Assembly (NCBI GenBank): GCA_038064495.1
Contig: JBBTSZ010000002.1
Span: forward strand, 216,934 to 280,933
Source of the DNA: Patescibacteria group bacterium
GTDB taxonomy: Bacteria > Patescibacteriota > Minisyncoccia > Phycocordibacterales > Phycocordibacteraceae
Direction of reading: 5' to 3'
DNA: 64,000 nucleotides
Part shown: piece after piece, positions 55,439 through 64,000 of the stretch
Numbering within the stretch: the first letter of the stretch is position 1
Layout: each line of letters begins with the position of its first letter
Translations under genes and position numbers: made by a program
Notes under the pieces: generated by a model
The model's input: the letters and a program-made list of their open reading frames with translations, nothing else
What the model was told of the DNA's origin: nothing
Databases searched by the model: none

Positions 55439-55747
55439 CTAGCCGGCGTTTGAGAACTCCATCATTCCTGTTCTTTTCTCAGCATTGTATTCAACGAAGA
55501 TGAAATTGAAGGGAGGAAGTCTGGGTTCTCTCCAGGCCGACGATGACAAAATTCCACCAAGCTTATAATTTGGACCTTGGCAAGTGACGAATGCAAAGTT
55601 CAAAATCTGCAAACGAAACAGAATCGGGCCACATTCTGGAAGAAAGATGGTGAAAGTAGCAGTAGCACCAAGATTGCGAGCTGTAAAGGCGTGCTCTAAA
55701 TCTCGCACGCCAGGACCATTCGTGATATGTAGCTTGGGATAAGTCAT
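55439..55747 (-). CDS. hypothetical protein (102 aa)
   Basis: ORF only. Confidence 0.35.
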   Translation of the reverse strand: MTYPKLHITNGPGVRDLEHAFTARNLGATATFTIFLPECGPILFRLQILNFAFVTCQGPNYKLGGILSSSAWREPRLPPFNFIFVEYNAEKRTGMMEFSNAG

Positions 55748-55890
55748 AAAGACTTCCTATACGTAAAGAGCATTACGTTAAACATAAAGAGTAACGCAAG
55801 CTATCAGACCACCTGACAGCTAAGACACACTACGTTATAGCTTTAGTAAGTCAAACAGTACGTTCGTCTCCGGTTTGGTACACTGTTCGT

Positions 55891-56283
55891 ATGGAAAAAG
55901 TGCCAGCAGATTTAAAAAAAGCACTTAGTGCTAAACCCTCAGTAGAAGCAAAATGGAAGGACCTCACACCAATTGGGCGGAGGGACTTCATCACCTGGAT
56001 AGAAGGAGCTAAGCAACCGAAAACACGCAAGCGCCGTATAGAAGTAACCCGTAGCAAACTTCTGAGCGGACAGAGGCGTCCGTGCTGTTACGCTGTCGTA
56101 CCAATGAATCTCTACAAAGCACTCGGCACTTCACCCAAGGCAAAAGCGACGTGGAAGACGCTTACCCCGGACGCACGTCGCGACTTTGTGGCTTGGATAG
56201 ACGAAGCGAAAGACTCAGATACGAAGGGACTTCGGATAGATAAAACGTGCGTACTCTTGGCTGCGGGGAAACGCCGTCCTTAA
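55891..56283 (+). CDS. YdeI/OmpD-associated family protein (internal duplication)
   Basis: Two repeats of KW(K)DLTP..RRDF..WI..AK....R.RRI. Confidence 0.5.
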   Translation: MEKVPADLKKALSAKPSVEAKWKDLTPIGRRDFITWIEGAKQPKTRKRRIEVTRSKLLSGQRRPCCYAVVPMNLYKALGTSPKAKATWKTLTPDARRDFVAWIDEAKDSDTKGLRIDKTCVLLAAGKRRP

Positions 56284-57116
56284 GAACCTTTCGTGCGGTA
56301 GTGCTTCAGATAGGCAACGATGATGAAGCTGATGATAACGAGCAGTGACCAGGACGTTATCTTTCCAAAACCCACAAGCGTCCACACGTGAAACTGGTCA
56401 GGATATTTCCATGCGCCGAAATAGGTGGAGATATTCTCCGCAATCCATATAAAAAGAGCAATGAGAACAAACGCAAGATTCATAGGCAGCCATCTTCGCT
56501 CCCGAACGACGGTGAAGTAGACGCGTGCTCTGAAAAATACAACAAAGACCAAGAACATAAGCACATAGCGGAAGTCGTACAGAAAGTGATGCGTGAAGAA
56601 ATTTATATAAATGAGCACAGAGAGCACGAGGAGTAGGAAATAGTTGGGAGCATGCGCAAGCGAGAGCTCCATATACTTCCACGACAGGCTGATATAGCTC
56701 CCGACTGCCGCATACATGAAGCCGCTGAAGAGTGGCACGGTCGCTATTTTGAAAAAGCCTTCCTCTGGGTAACTCCACGAACCAATAGCCGGATTCGTTT
56801 TATACAGCTCAAGCATGAAGCCAATGATATGAAAAAGGAATATAACCTTAATCTCGTGGAAGGTTTCAAGTTTGAATACATACAGCACGACTTGAATAAG
56901 AATCGCTGAAAGGAAGAGAAAATCGTAGCGGGGAAGTCCAAATAAGGGGAGGTAGTTGGATAGAAATAAAACTACGAAAAAAGAGCCTGCGAATATGCAG
57001 GCTCTTGCCTGCTTCATTCCAAATGTCCAGAATTCATGGCCTACATTCCTGAGAGCGCGGAGCATAGCTATTAAAACAGTATAAAGCTGAATGTGGTTCC
57101 ACATATATTCAACCAC
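56280..57116 (-). CDS. polytopic membrane protein (DUF817-like)
   Basis: 7-8 hydrophobic helices; Phe/Tyr-rich. Confidence 0.5.
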   Translation of the reverse strand: MVEYMWNHIQLYTVLIAMLRALRNVGHEFWTFGMKQARACIFAGSFFVVLFLSNYLPLFGLPRYDFLFLSAILIQVVLYVFKLETFHEIKVIFLFHIIGFMLELYKTNPAIGSWSYPEEGFFKIATVPLFSGFMYAAVGSYISLSWKYMELSLAHAPNYFLLLVLSVLIYINFFTHHFLYDFRYVLMFLVFVVFFRARVYFTVVRERRWLPMNLAFVLIALFIWIAENISTYFGAWKYPDQFHVWTLVGFGKITSWSLLVIISFIIVAYLKHYRTKGS

Positions 57117-57177
57117 AAAAAGAAAACCGCCCTCTCGTTGAAGCGAAAGTTTGGTTTTCGTTTCGCCGAGTGGGCGG

Positions 57178-57591
57178 TTATAGATTCAGTGTCGCGTGGA
57201 TTTCATCGAAATGAGCCAGCAATTTTTCAGCTTCCTCAAATGAGGCTTGCTTACACAAGACAGCTTGTTTCAAGCGAACTCTTTGCGGAATCAGATACTC
57301 AGTGACAAGCTCTGGGGACGTCAGTCTCATCATTTGGCGCGACGTGCACGAGTGTTCGTTGATATCAAACTCGTACCATTGCTCCTGTTCCCTCATGTCG
57401 TCAAGTGAACGGATACGGAACTTTTGATTTTCCGTATCAACTTCAGTGATGATGGCAGGGCAATCCCATCCAGACATGCTGGTGATACCGCTGTACCACA
57501 GAAGTCGCCCAACCTGCACATGTTTCCCAAGGAGAGGTTCTTCAATCAAAATTGCTGAACCGTCAACCGGATTTCTAACGGTGAGTGTCAT
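57178..57591 (-). CDS. hypothetical protein (137 aa)
   Basis: ORF only. Confidence 0.4.
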   Translation of the reverse strand: MTLTVRNPVDGSAILIEEPLLGKHVQVGRLLWYSGITSMSGWDCPAIITEVDTENQKFRIRSLDDMREQEQWYEFDINEHSCTSRQMMRLTSPELVTEYLIPQRVRLKQAVLCKQASFEEAEKLLAHFDEIHATLNL

Positions 57592-57696
57592 GTGTGTTCC
57601 TTTCCGTATCGCACATCTGAACGCACTGTTATATAGAAAATGTCGATTGTCAAATAAATACAGCGTATTGGTGTCCGCTGTAACAAATAAGGTCGC

Positions 57697-58260
57697 TCAC
57701 GACGGAGCGACCTCAAGGTAAAACGGCAGTATTGGCTTACAAAGTTGTTCAAAAGCACGAAAGGGTTTGACAAGCTCGCCTCGAACGACGCGGCATCCTT
57801 CGTACCGACCACCGCCAGCACTGTAGGCGATGGCCTGCCTACCATTCCATTCGATACTCTTGAAATCATATTTCGATAGAAACGCACGGGTAGCTTCAAG
57901 AATATTGTCCGGCACGATTCGTACATCTTCAGCCATTTCCGCAACCTGTTCAAGGAACGTAGTGCGGACACGTCGAGCATCCCGGGAGGCACGAGTCGTG
58001 AAAAGATTAAAATTCTTGCCATAGATGAAGAGTACGTCTCTGTCAACAAAACGTTCACAGGTATGGAATCGCATGCTCGGAATCGTTTCCAATAAGGTCT
58101 TCAAAGATTCGTCACTTGGCAGAAGTGGTGTTGCCCGGGGCGGATAGATGGCATACAGATACAAGAATCGCTTCCGTATCTTTCCCCAAGCTTTTTTCAC
58201 ATACCGGTACTCTGCACGCTCGGGACGTGCCGCTATTCGCGCAATTTTCTCGTGTCGCAT
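57697..58260 (-). CDS. hypothetical protein (187 aa)
   Basis: ORF only. Confidence 0.4.
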   Translation of the reverse strand: MRHEKIARIAARPERAEYRYVKKAWGKIRKRFLYLYAIYPPRATPLLPSDESLKTLLETIPSMRFHTCERFVDRDVLFIYGKNFNLFTTRASRDARRVRTTFLEQVAEMAEDVRIVPDNILEATRAFLSKYDFKSIEWNGRQAIAYSAGGGRYEGCRVVRGELVKPFRAFEQLCKPILPFYLEVAPS

Positions 58261-58376
58261 GGCACATCTCCTATGTTGTAAAAGGTCAGGTTCGTGGCAA
58301 GCATACTCCTCGGTTTTCTAATGGCAAGAAAGAACCGCCGAGCGAAAGCTCGGCGGTCTTGATTTTGCGGCGCGCG

Positions 58377-58736
58377 TCACAGGAAACGAAGCTCGCCAGG
58401 ATAACTTTGACCAACACTGAGTTGAATAATCCAACCTTGTTCAGTATGTTGAAAGCCGGTTATCGGGATTCCTGAGAAGAATTTTTCTGCGACAGACAAT
58501 TTGAGAAACCCATCATCAGAAAGACTTACCTCGCTGATTGTTCCAGTCCACTTATTTTCTCTCTCGCTGAGTATTCGGATGAATTCGTACCTTCTTCCCT
58601 TCAGTTGCTCGTACCCACCTGACACCCCGGCTTTTTGAAGTGCGCAGATCATACGTTCGGCTGCTTGCCGAATGCTTTCAATGTCACTTGGCGATTTCGA
58701 AACCCCGCCTATCGGGGTACGTATACCGGTATCCAT
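58377..58736 (-). CDS. hypothetical protein (119 aa)
   Basis: ORF only. Confidence 0.4.
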   Translation of the reverse strand: MDTGIRTPIGGVSKSPSDIESIRQAAERMICALQKAGVSGGYEQLKGRRYEFIRILSERENKWTGTISEVSLSDDGFLKLSVAEKFFSGIPITGFQHTEQGWIIQLSVGQSYPGELRFL

Positions 58737-58822
58737 TTCTTCCTCCTTAAAGTTTCCTTTGGCAAGCTACCACAATTTAAAAAAGGTCGCGATATGTGGA
58801 AAGCGCCTGCTATGATATCTGC

Positions 58823-59347
58823 ATGACAACTAAGATGCCGGTACCCATCGTTGAGAGCGCAGAAAAAAGGAGAAATACGATACGTAGCTTTAAGGCCAAG
58901 GCGAATGATAAACGCACTACCTCTGACAAGATTGCGGACCTCCTTACCGAATCATTCGGTACGGTTGCGTTCCTCGTCATTAACGCATTCTTCTTCGGAG
59001 GATGGATTTTATGGAATACCGGGAATATTCCAGGACTCACTCCTATAGATCCCTTCCCGTTTGGACTCCTCACCATGGTCGTCTCACTTGAGGCCATTTT
59101 TCTCGCCATCATCGTCCTTATTTCACAAAACAGGGAAGCAAGAATTGCGGAGCTTCGTGAAGAAGTAGAACTCTACATCAACACCTATGCTGAGAATGAA
59201 ATTACGAAAGCCATCTACCTCATGACCCTCATCCTTAAAAAAGACGGCATAGATATTTCCAAGGACGAAGACCTGAAGGAAATGCTTGAAAACATTGATA
59301 GCGAAGTGATTGAACAGGAACTAGAGAAGCAGCTAGCACAATTCTAG
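58823..59347 (+). CDS. DUF1003-like membrane protein
   Basis: Two TMs (TVAFLVINAFFFGGWILW; LLTMVVSLEAIFLAIIVL) followed by a coiled-coil tail. Confidence 0.5.
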   Translation: MTTKMPVPIVESAEKRRNTIRSFKAKANDKRTTSDKIADLLTESFGTVAFLVINAFFFGGWILWNTGNIPGLTPIDPFPFGLLTMVVSLEAIFLAIIVLISQNREARIAELREEVELYINTYAENEITKAIYLMTLILKKDGIDISKDEDLKEMLENIDSEVIEQELEKQLAQF

Positions 59348-59439
59348 TTACGGGAACGTACTGCTTGACATAGTCAGCATTTCATAATCTAATCTACATT
59401 AGACCACATCGCGTGGCAGATTTATTTGGAGAGCAGAAA

Positions 59440-59586
59440 TGTCTCAGGGTTCACATTCCACCTTCTCGTGGCGCATGTTTTTTGGCGTTGCCCTTGTCGG
59501 ATTGTTGTTGGTCGGGCTGTACAACCAGATCGCCATCAACCTGGAAAATATGAAAACTAATGCTGCGGAAGCAGCTGAACAATAAG
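59440..59586 (+). CDS. small single-TM protein (48 aa), speculative
   Basis: RBS ggagag; TM GVALVGLLLVGL; followed by a terminator. Conflicts with a junk-like minus-strand ORF. Confidence 0.3.
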
Positions 59587-59634
59587 CCAAAACAACGTAA
59601 GATATGAGTTGTGGCTCCCAAGGCCAAAAAACCT

Positions 59635-59665
59635 GTCCCCACCCAAGCGGTGGGGACTTTTGTAT
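59635..59665 (+). terminator. hairpin GTCCCCACC-caagc-GGTGGGGAC plus TTTTGTAT
   Basis: Perfect 9-bp stem plus T tract. Confidence 0.65.
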
Positions 59666-59672
59666 ACAAAAA

Positions 59673-59692
59673 GGCCCCGCGGATGCGGGGCC
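59673..59692 (-). terminator. hairpin GGCCCCGC-ggat-GCGGGGCC with a T-run on the minus strand, after the 59706 gene
   Basis: Perfect 8-bp stem. Confidence 0.55.
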
Positions 59693-59705
59693 TGATAGGC
59701 GAAAG

Positions 59706-60005
59706 TTATGCTGCCACTTGCGCGAGATGGATTGGATACGCTTTTCCGACAAGCTCAAGTGCCTGCTCTTCAGTAAACCCTGCGCCCACATGAGCAAGAA
59801 AGAGTTTCCTTTGTCGGCATGCGTATTCCTTCAAGAATCGCTGGTGGCGGGTCTCAGGTGTTACAAGCGCTTCAAGAAGCGCTGCCTCTACCCAGGCAAC
59901 CTGGCTCACACCACGATTCTTTGCGGCTTCGCGCGTTTGTGTCACCACATCACTTGAAATACCGCGCATCGTCCATTGGCACGTTCCGTCAGATTCCGTT
60001 TTCAT
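59706..60005 (-). CDS. hypothetical protein (99 aa)
   Basis: ORF only. Confidence 0.4.
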   Translation of the reverse strand: MKTESDGTCQWTMRGISSDVVTQTREAAKNRGVSQVAWVEAALLEALVTPETRHQRFLKEYACRQRKLFLAHVGAGFTEEQALELVGKAYPIHLAQVAA

Positions 60006-60152
60006 GTTCAGCTCCTCTCGGGTCTAAGCGGAACCATAGCACGGCACATGAGTCACTCCAATTGAGCCGTGCTTCCCACTTTTGGCCGGATACGGTAGGG
60101 TGTCTCCAGATTTACTGTACAAATTACACTCAAGCAAAGAAGGGAATCGAAG

Positions 60153-61472
60153 ATGAACGTTGACGCAGCGACTGCCGATCGGCAGACAGCAAAGTACCGT
60201 CTCGGCCGGATGTTGACGGAAGGAAAGACAAAGAAGCTTCATGAAGCGAAGGACAAGCCCGGGATTGTTATTGTAATTTCCAAAGACGACATTACTGCCG
60301 GCGACGGCAAGAAGCACGATATTATTGTAGGCAAAGCTAACCTTGCGACCGAAACGACCTGCAACGTTTTTGAATTGCTCAAGGCGTGCGATATTCCAAT
60401 CGCTTACATTGAGCGCGATAACGTAAACTCGTTTATTGCCTATCACACTGACATGCTTCCGTACGAAGTCGTCGTCAGGCGTGAGGCGCACGGCTCATAC
60501 CTGAAAAGCTATCCGCATTTGCAGAAGGGACATCTTTTCCAAAAGCTCGTCGTGCAGTTCTTCCTGAAAACGAAGGACCGTCGCTGGAAAGAACACACGC
60601 TTGTCTGCGACGACCCCCTGATGCTGCATCGGGAGGGTGCGGGCAAGATTGAGCTCTATAATCCTGCGGAGTCACTCCGAGGCCAGAAACCCTTCCTCAT
60701 CCTCGACGAGATGGAAGTGTTCGGGTATGCCGAGGAATGGCATTGCTTCAAGGAAATGCAATCAATTGCTACCAAGACGTTCCTCGTGCTCGAGCGAGCC
60801 TGGGAGCTCGAAGGCGGCAAGCTGGTCGACTTCAAGGTTGAATTTGGTTTTGACCCGACGGGAAACCTGGTTCTCTCAGATGTTATCGACAATGACTCGT
60901 GGCGCGTGGTTGAAGACGGCGCGTATCTCGACAAGCAAGTCTATCGAGATGGTGGAGACATCAAGGAGGTGGCAAACAAGTACGAGCGCGTCGCCAACAT
61001 CACCAGTCGTTTTCGCCTCCCGAGTCAGCGCATCATCCTATGGTGCGGCTCTGAATCAGATGTCACCAAGCCATTTCATGATGCGCTTGGGGGCTTCCGA
61101 GATTTACTGACCGAGGTGGTGTGCTCAGCACATAAGGAGCCGCAAGCTGCAGTCTCTATTATTCAGAGCACGGTGCATGCGTATCCAAACTCGGTTGTGA
61201 TTGCCTACATCGGCAGAAGCAACGGGGCTGGCCCCATCCTGTCAGCGCAATCAACGGTACCGGTCATTACGGTGCCTGCGAGTGTGAAGGACTTTCCGGA
61301 TGATGTGTGGTCTTCACTTCGTGCACCAAGTAAGGTGCCGGTGATGACCGTGCTTGAGCCGACGAATGCCGTGCTTGCTACACTGCAAATTCTTTCGGCT
61401 CGAAATCCTCGCATCTATGCGCATTTGCGCCAAGAAGTGGAAACTCGTTTGATTAACACTATCCCACTGTAG
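60153..61472 (+). CDS. bifunctional SAICAR synthetase (PurC-like) / AIR carboxylase (PurE-like) fusion, PAICS-like arrangement
   Basis: The N-domain LTEGKTKKLHEA...GKANLATETTC..FELL resembles PurC. The C-domain RIILWCGSESD...VCSAHKEP...AYIGRSNGAGPILSAQSTVPVITVP resembles PurE. Confidence 0.65.
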   Translation: MNVDAATADRQTAKYRLGRMLTEGKTKKLHEAKDKPGIVIVISKDDITAGDGKKHDIIVGKANLATETTCNVFELLKACDIPIAYIERDNVNSFIAYHTDMLPYEVVVRREAHGSYLKSYPHLQKGHLFQKLVVQFFLKTKDRRWKEHTLVCDDPLMLHREGAGKIELYNPAESLRGQKPFLILDEMEVFGYAEEWHCFKEMQSIATKTFLVLERAWELEGGKLVDFKVEFGFDPTGNLVLSDVIDNDSWRVVEDGAYLDKQVYRDGGDIKEVANKYERVANITSRFRLPSQRIILWCGSESDVTKPFHDALGGFRDLLTEVVCSAHKEPQAAVSIIQSTVHAYPNSVVIAYIGRSNGAGPILSAQSTVPVITVPASVKDFPDDVWSSLRAPSKVPVMTVLEPTNAVLATLQILSARNPRIYAHLRQEVETRLINTIPL

Positions 61473-61572
61473 TGTTTGAAGACCTTGCCCGCCGCGTTAT
61501 GCGGCGGGTTTCTTTTTACCAATGAAAAAGCCCTGACAGAGAGCCGAGGCTTTCTCATCAGAGCTGTGCGAA

Positions 61573-61848
61573 TTACGCGAGGAGCGGACACTCCAAGTAG
61601 CATTTTCCGCCAATGCGAGAGGTGAACAGAATGTCATGATCGCGAAAAACACGAACGTGCGCTTTTCCTCTTGCGGCATTCCATTGCTGGAAATCAATGA
61701 GCACCATGTCTCCAACTCGGAAATTGCGTGTCTCAGGGAATTCATCAACTCGAAATCCGATTCTGGTATGGTCATCAAGCGTGATAAAACGGTCACCTTC
61801 CCGAACTTCAATCTCTTGTATCGGTTCGTACACGTGAACTATCGACAT
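61573..61848 (-). CDS. hypothetical protein (91 aa)
   Basis: ORF only. Confidence 0.3.
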   Translation of the reverse strand: MSIVHVYEPIQEIEVREGDRFITLDDHTRIGFRVDEFPETRNFRVGDMVLIDFQQWNAARGKAHVRVFRDHDILFTSRIGGKCYLECPLLA

Positions 61849-61947
61849 GTGAGCCTCCCTTGTTCTCTAACCGAAACGTACCACGTATCGCACCATAGCA
61901 AAAACGCGCGCAGTGTATACTGCGCGCGTCTGTCTCTGTTCCGAGAG

Positions 61948-62163
61948 CTATCGGTGAAGAGGTCGACCGCCATGTTTCGGACAAAGTGCAGAATTCACAT
62001 GAGTTTCGTTTCCACACCGTGTTCCTGACTTCGGATCGATCTCTCGACATCCAACAACGAACCTTGGCGCGCCTGTGTTCTTGCTCCGTTTTTCACGAAA
62101 TCCATTACTGATTGATTGTCCGTGCTTTAATCTGTCGTGCTGGGCGTCTGAAACCTTCGGCAT
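61948..62163 (-). CDS. small Cys/His-containing hypothetical protein (71 aa)
   Basis: Strong RBS aaaggaggcagccATG; start trimmed to MPKVSD. Confidence 0.4.
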   Translation of the reverse strand: MPKVSDAQHDRLKHGQSISNGFREKRSKNTGAPRFVVGCREIDPKSGTRCGNETHVNSALCPKHGGRPLHR

Positions 62164-62210
62164 GGCTGCCTCCTTTCTTTGTTCCAGAAATAGCATACTA
62201 CAGCTAAAAA

Positions 62211-62232
62211 GAAGCCGCCTCCAGGCGGCTTC
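62211..62232 (-). terminator. hairpin GAAGCCGCC-tcca-GGCGGCTTC with an A/T run
   Basis: Perfect 9-bp stem downstream of the 62243 gene. Confidence 0.6.
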
Positions 62233-62242
62233 AGGGGCGTCA

Positions 62243-62560
62243 TCACTGTACTCGTTGTAGATCGTCTATTTCCTTTTGGAGAAGTGCAAGCGTGCCTTCC
62301 AAACGAGTCTTTTCGTCAAGGAGTGGTTTCAGGTACTCCTTCACAACACCGTGTTCCTTAATAATCTTGAGCCGCTCTGCCATAAATCGCTCATGCTTTC
62401 GTCTGTTTTCCTCAATCATTTCCTCTGGGGTTGGGCCACCGATTATAAAATCCGAGCAGAATTCGCGCCTCTGTCTCAGATACTGTATGGCGAATTCCGC
62501 TTTTTCCATTGCAGTCAATTTCGGCAGAGTGAACGCAACAGTTGTTACTTTCCCTGACAT
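62243..62560 (-). CDS. hypothetical protein (105 aa), predicted coiled coil
   Basis: ORF only. Confidence 0.4.
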   Translation of the reverse strand: MSGKVTTVAFTLPKLTAMEKAEFAIQYLRQRREFCSDFIIGGPTPEEMIEENRRKHERFMAERLKIIKEHGVVKEYLKPLLDEKTRLEGTLALLQKEIDDLQRVQ

Positions 62561-62629
62561 ATCTCCGTCCTTTCCTCGTTACATCTAGCCAAGACCATAT
62601 CAGGCAAGGGAGAGGGTGTAAAACAAGAA

Positions 62630-62652
62630 GCCGCCCGACGTAGTCGGGCGGC
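62630..62652 (-). terminator. hairpin GCCGCCCGAC-gta-GTCGGGCGGC with an A/T run
   Basis: Perfect 10-bp stem downstream of the 62661 gene. Confidence 0.6.
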
Positions 62653-62660
62653 TGCGCGTG

Positions 62661-62915
62661 TTACACGCGGTGGATTCGGTATTCAACACCGATTCCCATA
62701 TATCCGTTCAAGCGCGGAATGATGTTTTGAGTGTGGAAGTAGGTCATTTCCGCGACATCCTGCAAGCGCTTCATTTCACACAGACGAGCGGGAAAATAGA
62801 CATCCACACCACCAACGAAATCCGAGCGGTCAGCACGAAAGATGGTTCCGTTGTGGCAACGATGTTCAAACGGTTTGTCATTGAGAAACCGTTCAGCGAT
62901 AGCCGTTACACTCAT
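62661..62915 (-). CDS. hypothetical protein (84 aa)
   Basis: Strong RBS caaggaggacaccATG. Confidence 0.45.
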   Translation of the reverse strand: MSVTAIAERFLNDKPFEHRCHNGTIFRADRSDFVGGVDVYFPARLCEMKRLQDVAEMTYFHTQNIIPRLNGYMGIGVEYRIHRV

Positions 62916-63069
62916 GGTGTCCTCCTTGCATCCATATAACCAAAAGAAAACCCGGCTCTCGCCGAGAACGAATGTATCTGAGCCTCCTACTGTTCAAAGT
63001 CCTTTGAGGTTATACCGTAATAACATGCGTGAGTCAATATATACGTTTTCCACAGTTATAAGGTGTGTT

Positions 63070-63376
63070 GTGCTTTTTATCTCGAAAGCATATATTCGCA
63101 GAGGAGTGAGTAGGAAGAGACCAAAAAGCATTGCAAGCGCGGCGATGTATGGCAATTCCCGAACGGGTAGGTCGCAGCGTAGCGGCTGCCTATAAGGATC
63201 CAGTCCAGTGCTTTCCTGATAAACCAGTGTCCAGATGGAACTGCAGTATTAGGCTGGTGACAGACAAAAAGACTTGAGTAGGACGCTTTTGGAACCGTCC
63301 GAACATGGGAGGGCAACCTTCTAAGGCTAAACCTGCTCACTCCACTAACTGCCCCCTTGGGGCGGTTTTCTTTTTT
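63070..63376 (+). ncRNA. candidate sRNA or cis-regulatory leader: putative promoter TTGTGC-17-TATATT (63069-63097) to the intrinsic terminator CTGCCCCC-ttg-GGGGCGG plus T8 (63349-63376); class unknown
   Basis: About 450 bp free of credible ORFs; internal hairpins (e.g. GGACG...CGTCC); strong terminator 20 nt before the yjjX-like start. Confidence 0.3.
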
Positions 63377-63395
63377 GTCCTGATATACTCCAGAC

Positions 63396-63929
63396 ATGAA
63401 AATCGGCGTAGGTTCCAAGAATCAAACAAAAGTAAATGCTGTGCGTACCGTCCTTGCGGGCTACCCTTTGTTTGCAGACGCGGAAGTTTTTCCGGTAGCT
63501 GTTCAAGTGGAGGAATTCGGTCATCCAAAAAGTATTCTTGAAACAGTTGAAGGAGCTATTGATAGAGCCAAACAAGCCTACGAAGGAAATGATTACGGTT
63601 TTGGTATTGAGGGTGGCCTCATAGAGATTCCAAAAACTAAAACAGGTTACATGGAAATCGGCGTGTGCTGTATCTATGACGGAGCACAAACGCATATCGG
63701 ACTGTCGCCTGCGTTTGAGTGGCCTTCGAAGGTTCTCGATGGGATTTTGAACAAAGGACTTGATGGTAGTCAGGCTGTTAAGGCAGCTGGGCTCACTGTG
63801 GAAGATAAACTTGGCGAAGGTCAGGGGATTATTGGGGTACTCACGAAAGGACGAACATCCAGAACAGAACAAAATGCTATTGCCATACGAATGGCATTGA
63901 TACACCTAGAGAACCCTGAACACTATTAG
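63396..63929 (+). CDS. non-canonical purine NTP phosphatase (YjjX/ITPase, Maf-Ham1 superfamily)
   Basis: MKIGVGSKNQTKVNAV N-terminus typical of YjjX. Confidence 0.65.
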   Translation: MKIGVGSKNQTKVNAVRTVLAGYPLFADAEVFPVAVQVEEFGHPKSILETVEGAIDRAKQAYEGNDYGFGIEGGLIEIPKTKTGYMEIGVCCIYDGAQTHIGLSPAFEWPSKVLDGILNKGLDGSQAVKAAGLTVEDKLGEGQGIIGVLTKGRTSRTEQNAIAIRMALIHLENPEHY

Positions 63930-64000
63930 TTGAGTTTCTGGTGCTACTATTTATGTATGAAACTAGCGCTTGCAGTTCTCGTGGTCATACTCCTTCTTGG

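Noticed and set aside
59444-59797. 117-aa minus-strand ORF overlapping the small plus-strand TM ORF and two terminator hairpins
   Set aside because: The sequence is low-complexity and spans two obvious intrinsic terminators. The plus-strand 48-aa TM ORF with an RBS was preferred, though both are weak.
53694-63000. Integrative mobile element call for the tRNA-Gln-proximal block
   Set aside because: No integrase, recombinase, transposase or terminal direct repeat could be found within the window. It is kept as a finding (possible island), not a mobile_element feature.

Overview
This 64 kb window looks like a chromosomal segment from a small-genome, CPR/Patescibacteria-like bacterium; that assignment is inference from gene content and about 50% GC. 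Conserved housekeeping genes dominate: trxB, ftsZ-ftsA-ybeY-rpsU, lepB, pth, rpsA, gyrA, alr, rbfA-infB, an iscS-like gene, clpB, rpmG, miaA, a peroxiredoxin, parB, a relA/spoT homologue, dprA-topA, serS, dus and dnaX. I could fold eight tRNA genes by hand (Leu-TAG, Lys-CTT, Leu-TAA, Cys-GCA, Trp-CCA, Leu-CAA, Gln-TTG, plus a partial tRNA-Cys 3' duplicate). No CRISPR array, integrase or transposase is visible. Several accessory loci are interspersed. (1) A tandem array of five paralogous small secreted two-TM pilin-like proteins (20.7-23.1 kb) sits next to an SPFH-domain operon. (2) A second locus (36.6-39.1 kb) has the same pilin-like N-terminal module fused to putative peptidoglycan-hydrolase domains: one lysozyme/lytic-transglycosylase-like, one with M15/VanY D,D-peptidase motifs. 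(3) A tRNA-Gln-flanked, roughly 10 kb stretch (53.7-63 kb) holds small unknown ORFs bounded by strong hairpin terminators and a PurC-PurE (PAICS-like) fusion. (4) An alternative-oxidase-like diiron protein follows clpB. There are also unexplained structured noncoding regions: a roughly 85-nt repeat present downstream of both rpsU and rpsA, a roughly 770-bp gene-free region with perfect hairpins and a G9 tract upstream of rpsA, a large composite hairpin upstream of rpmG, a 117-nt long-range inverted repeat ahead of a SAM-dependent methyltransferase gene, and a promoter-plus-terminator-delimited roughly 270-nt candidate sRNA before a yjjX-like gene. All functional calls come from reading the translated ORFs and the sequence by eye; no database searches were possible.
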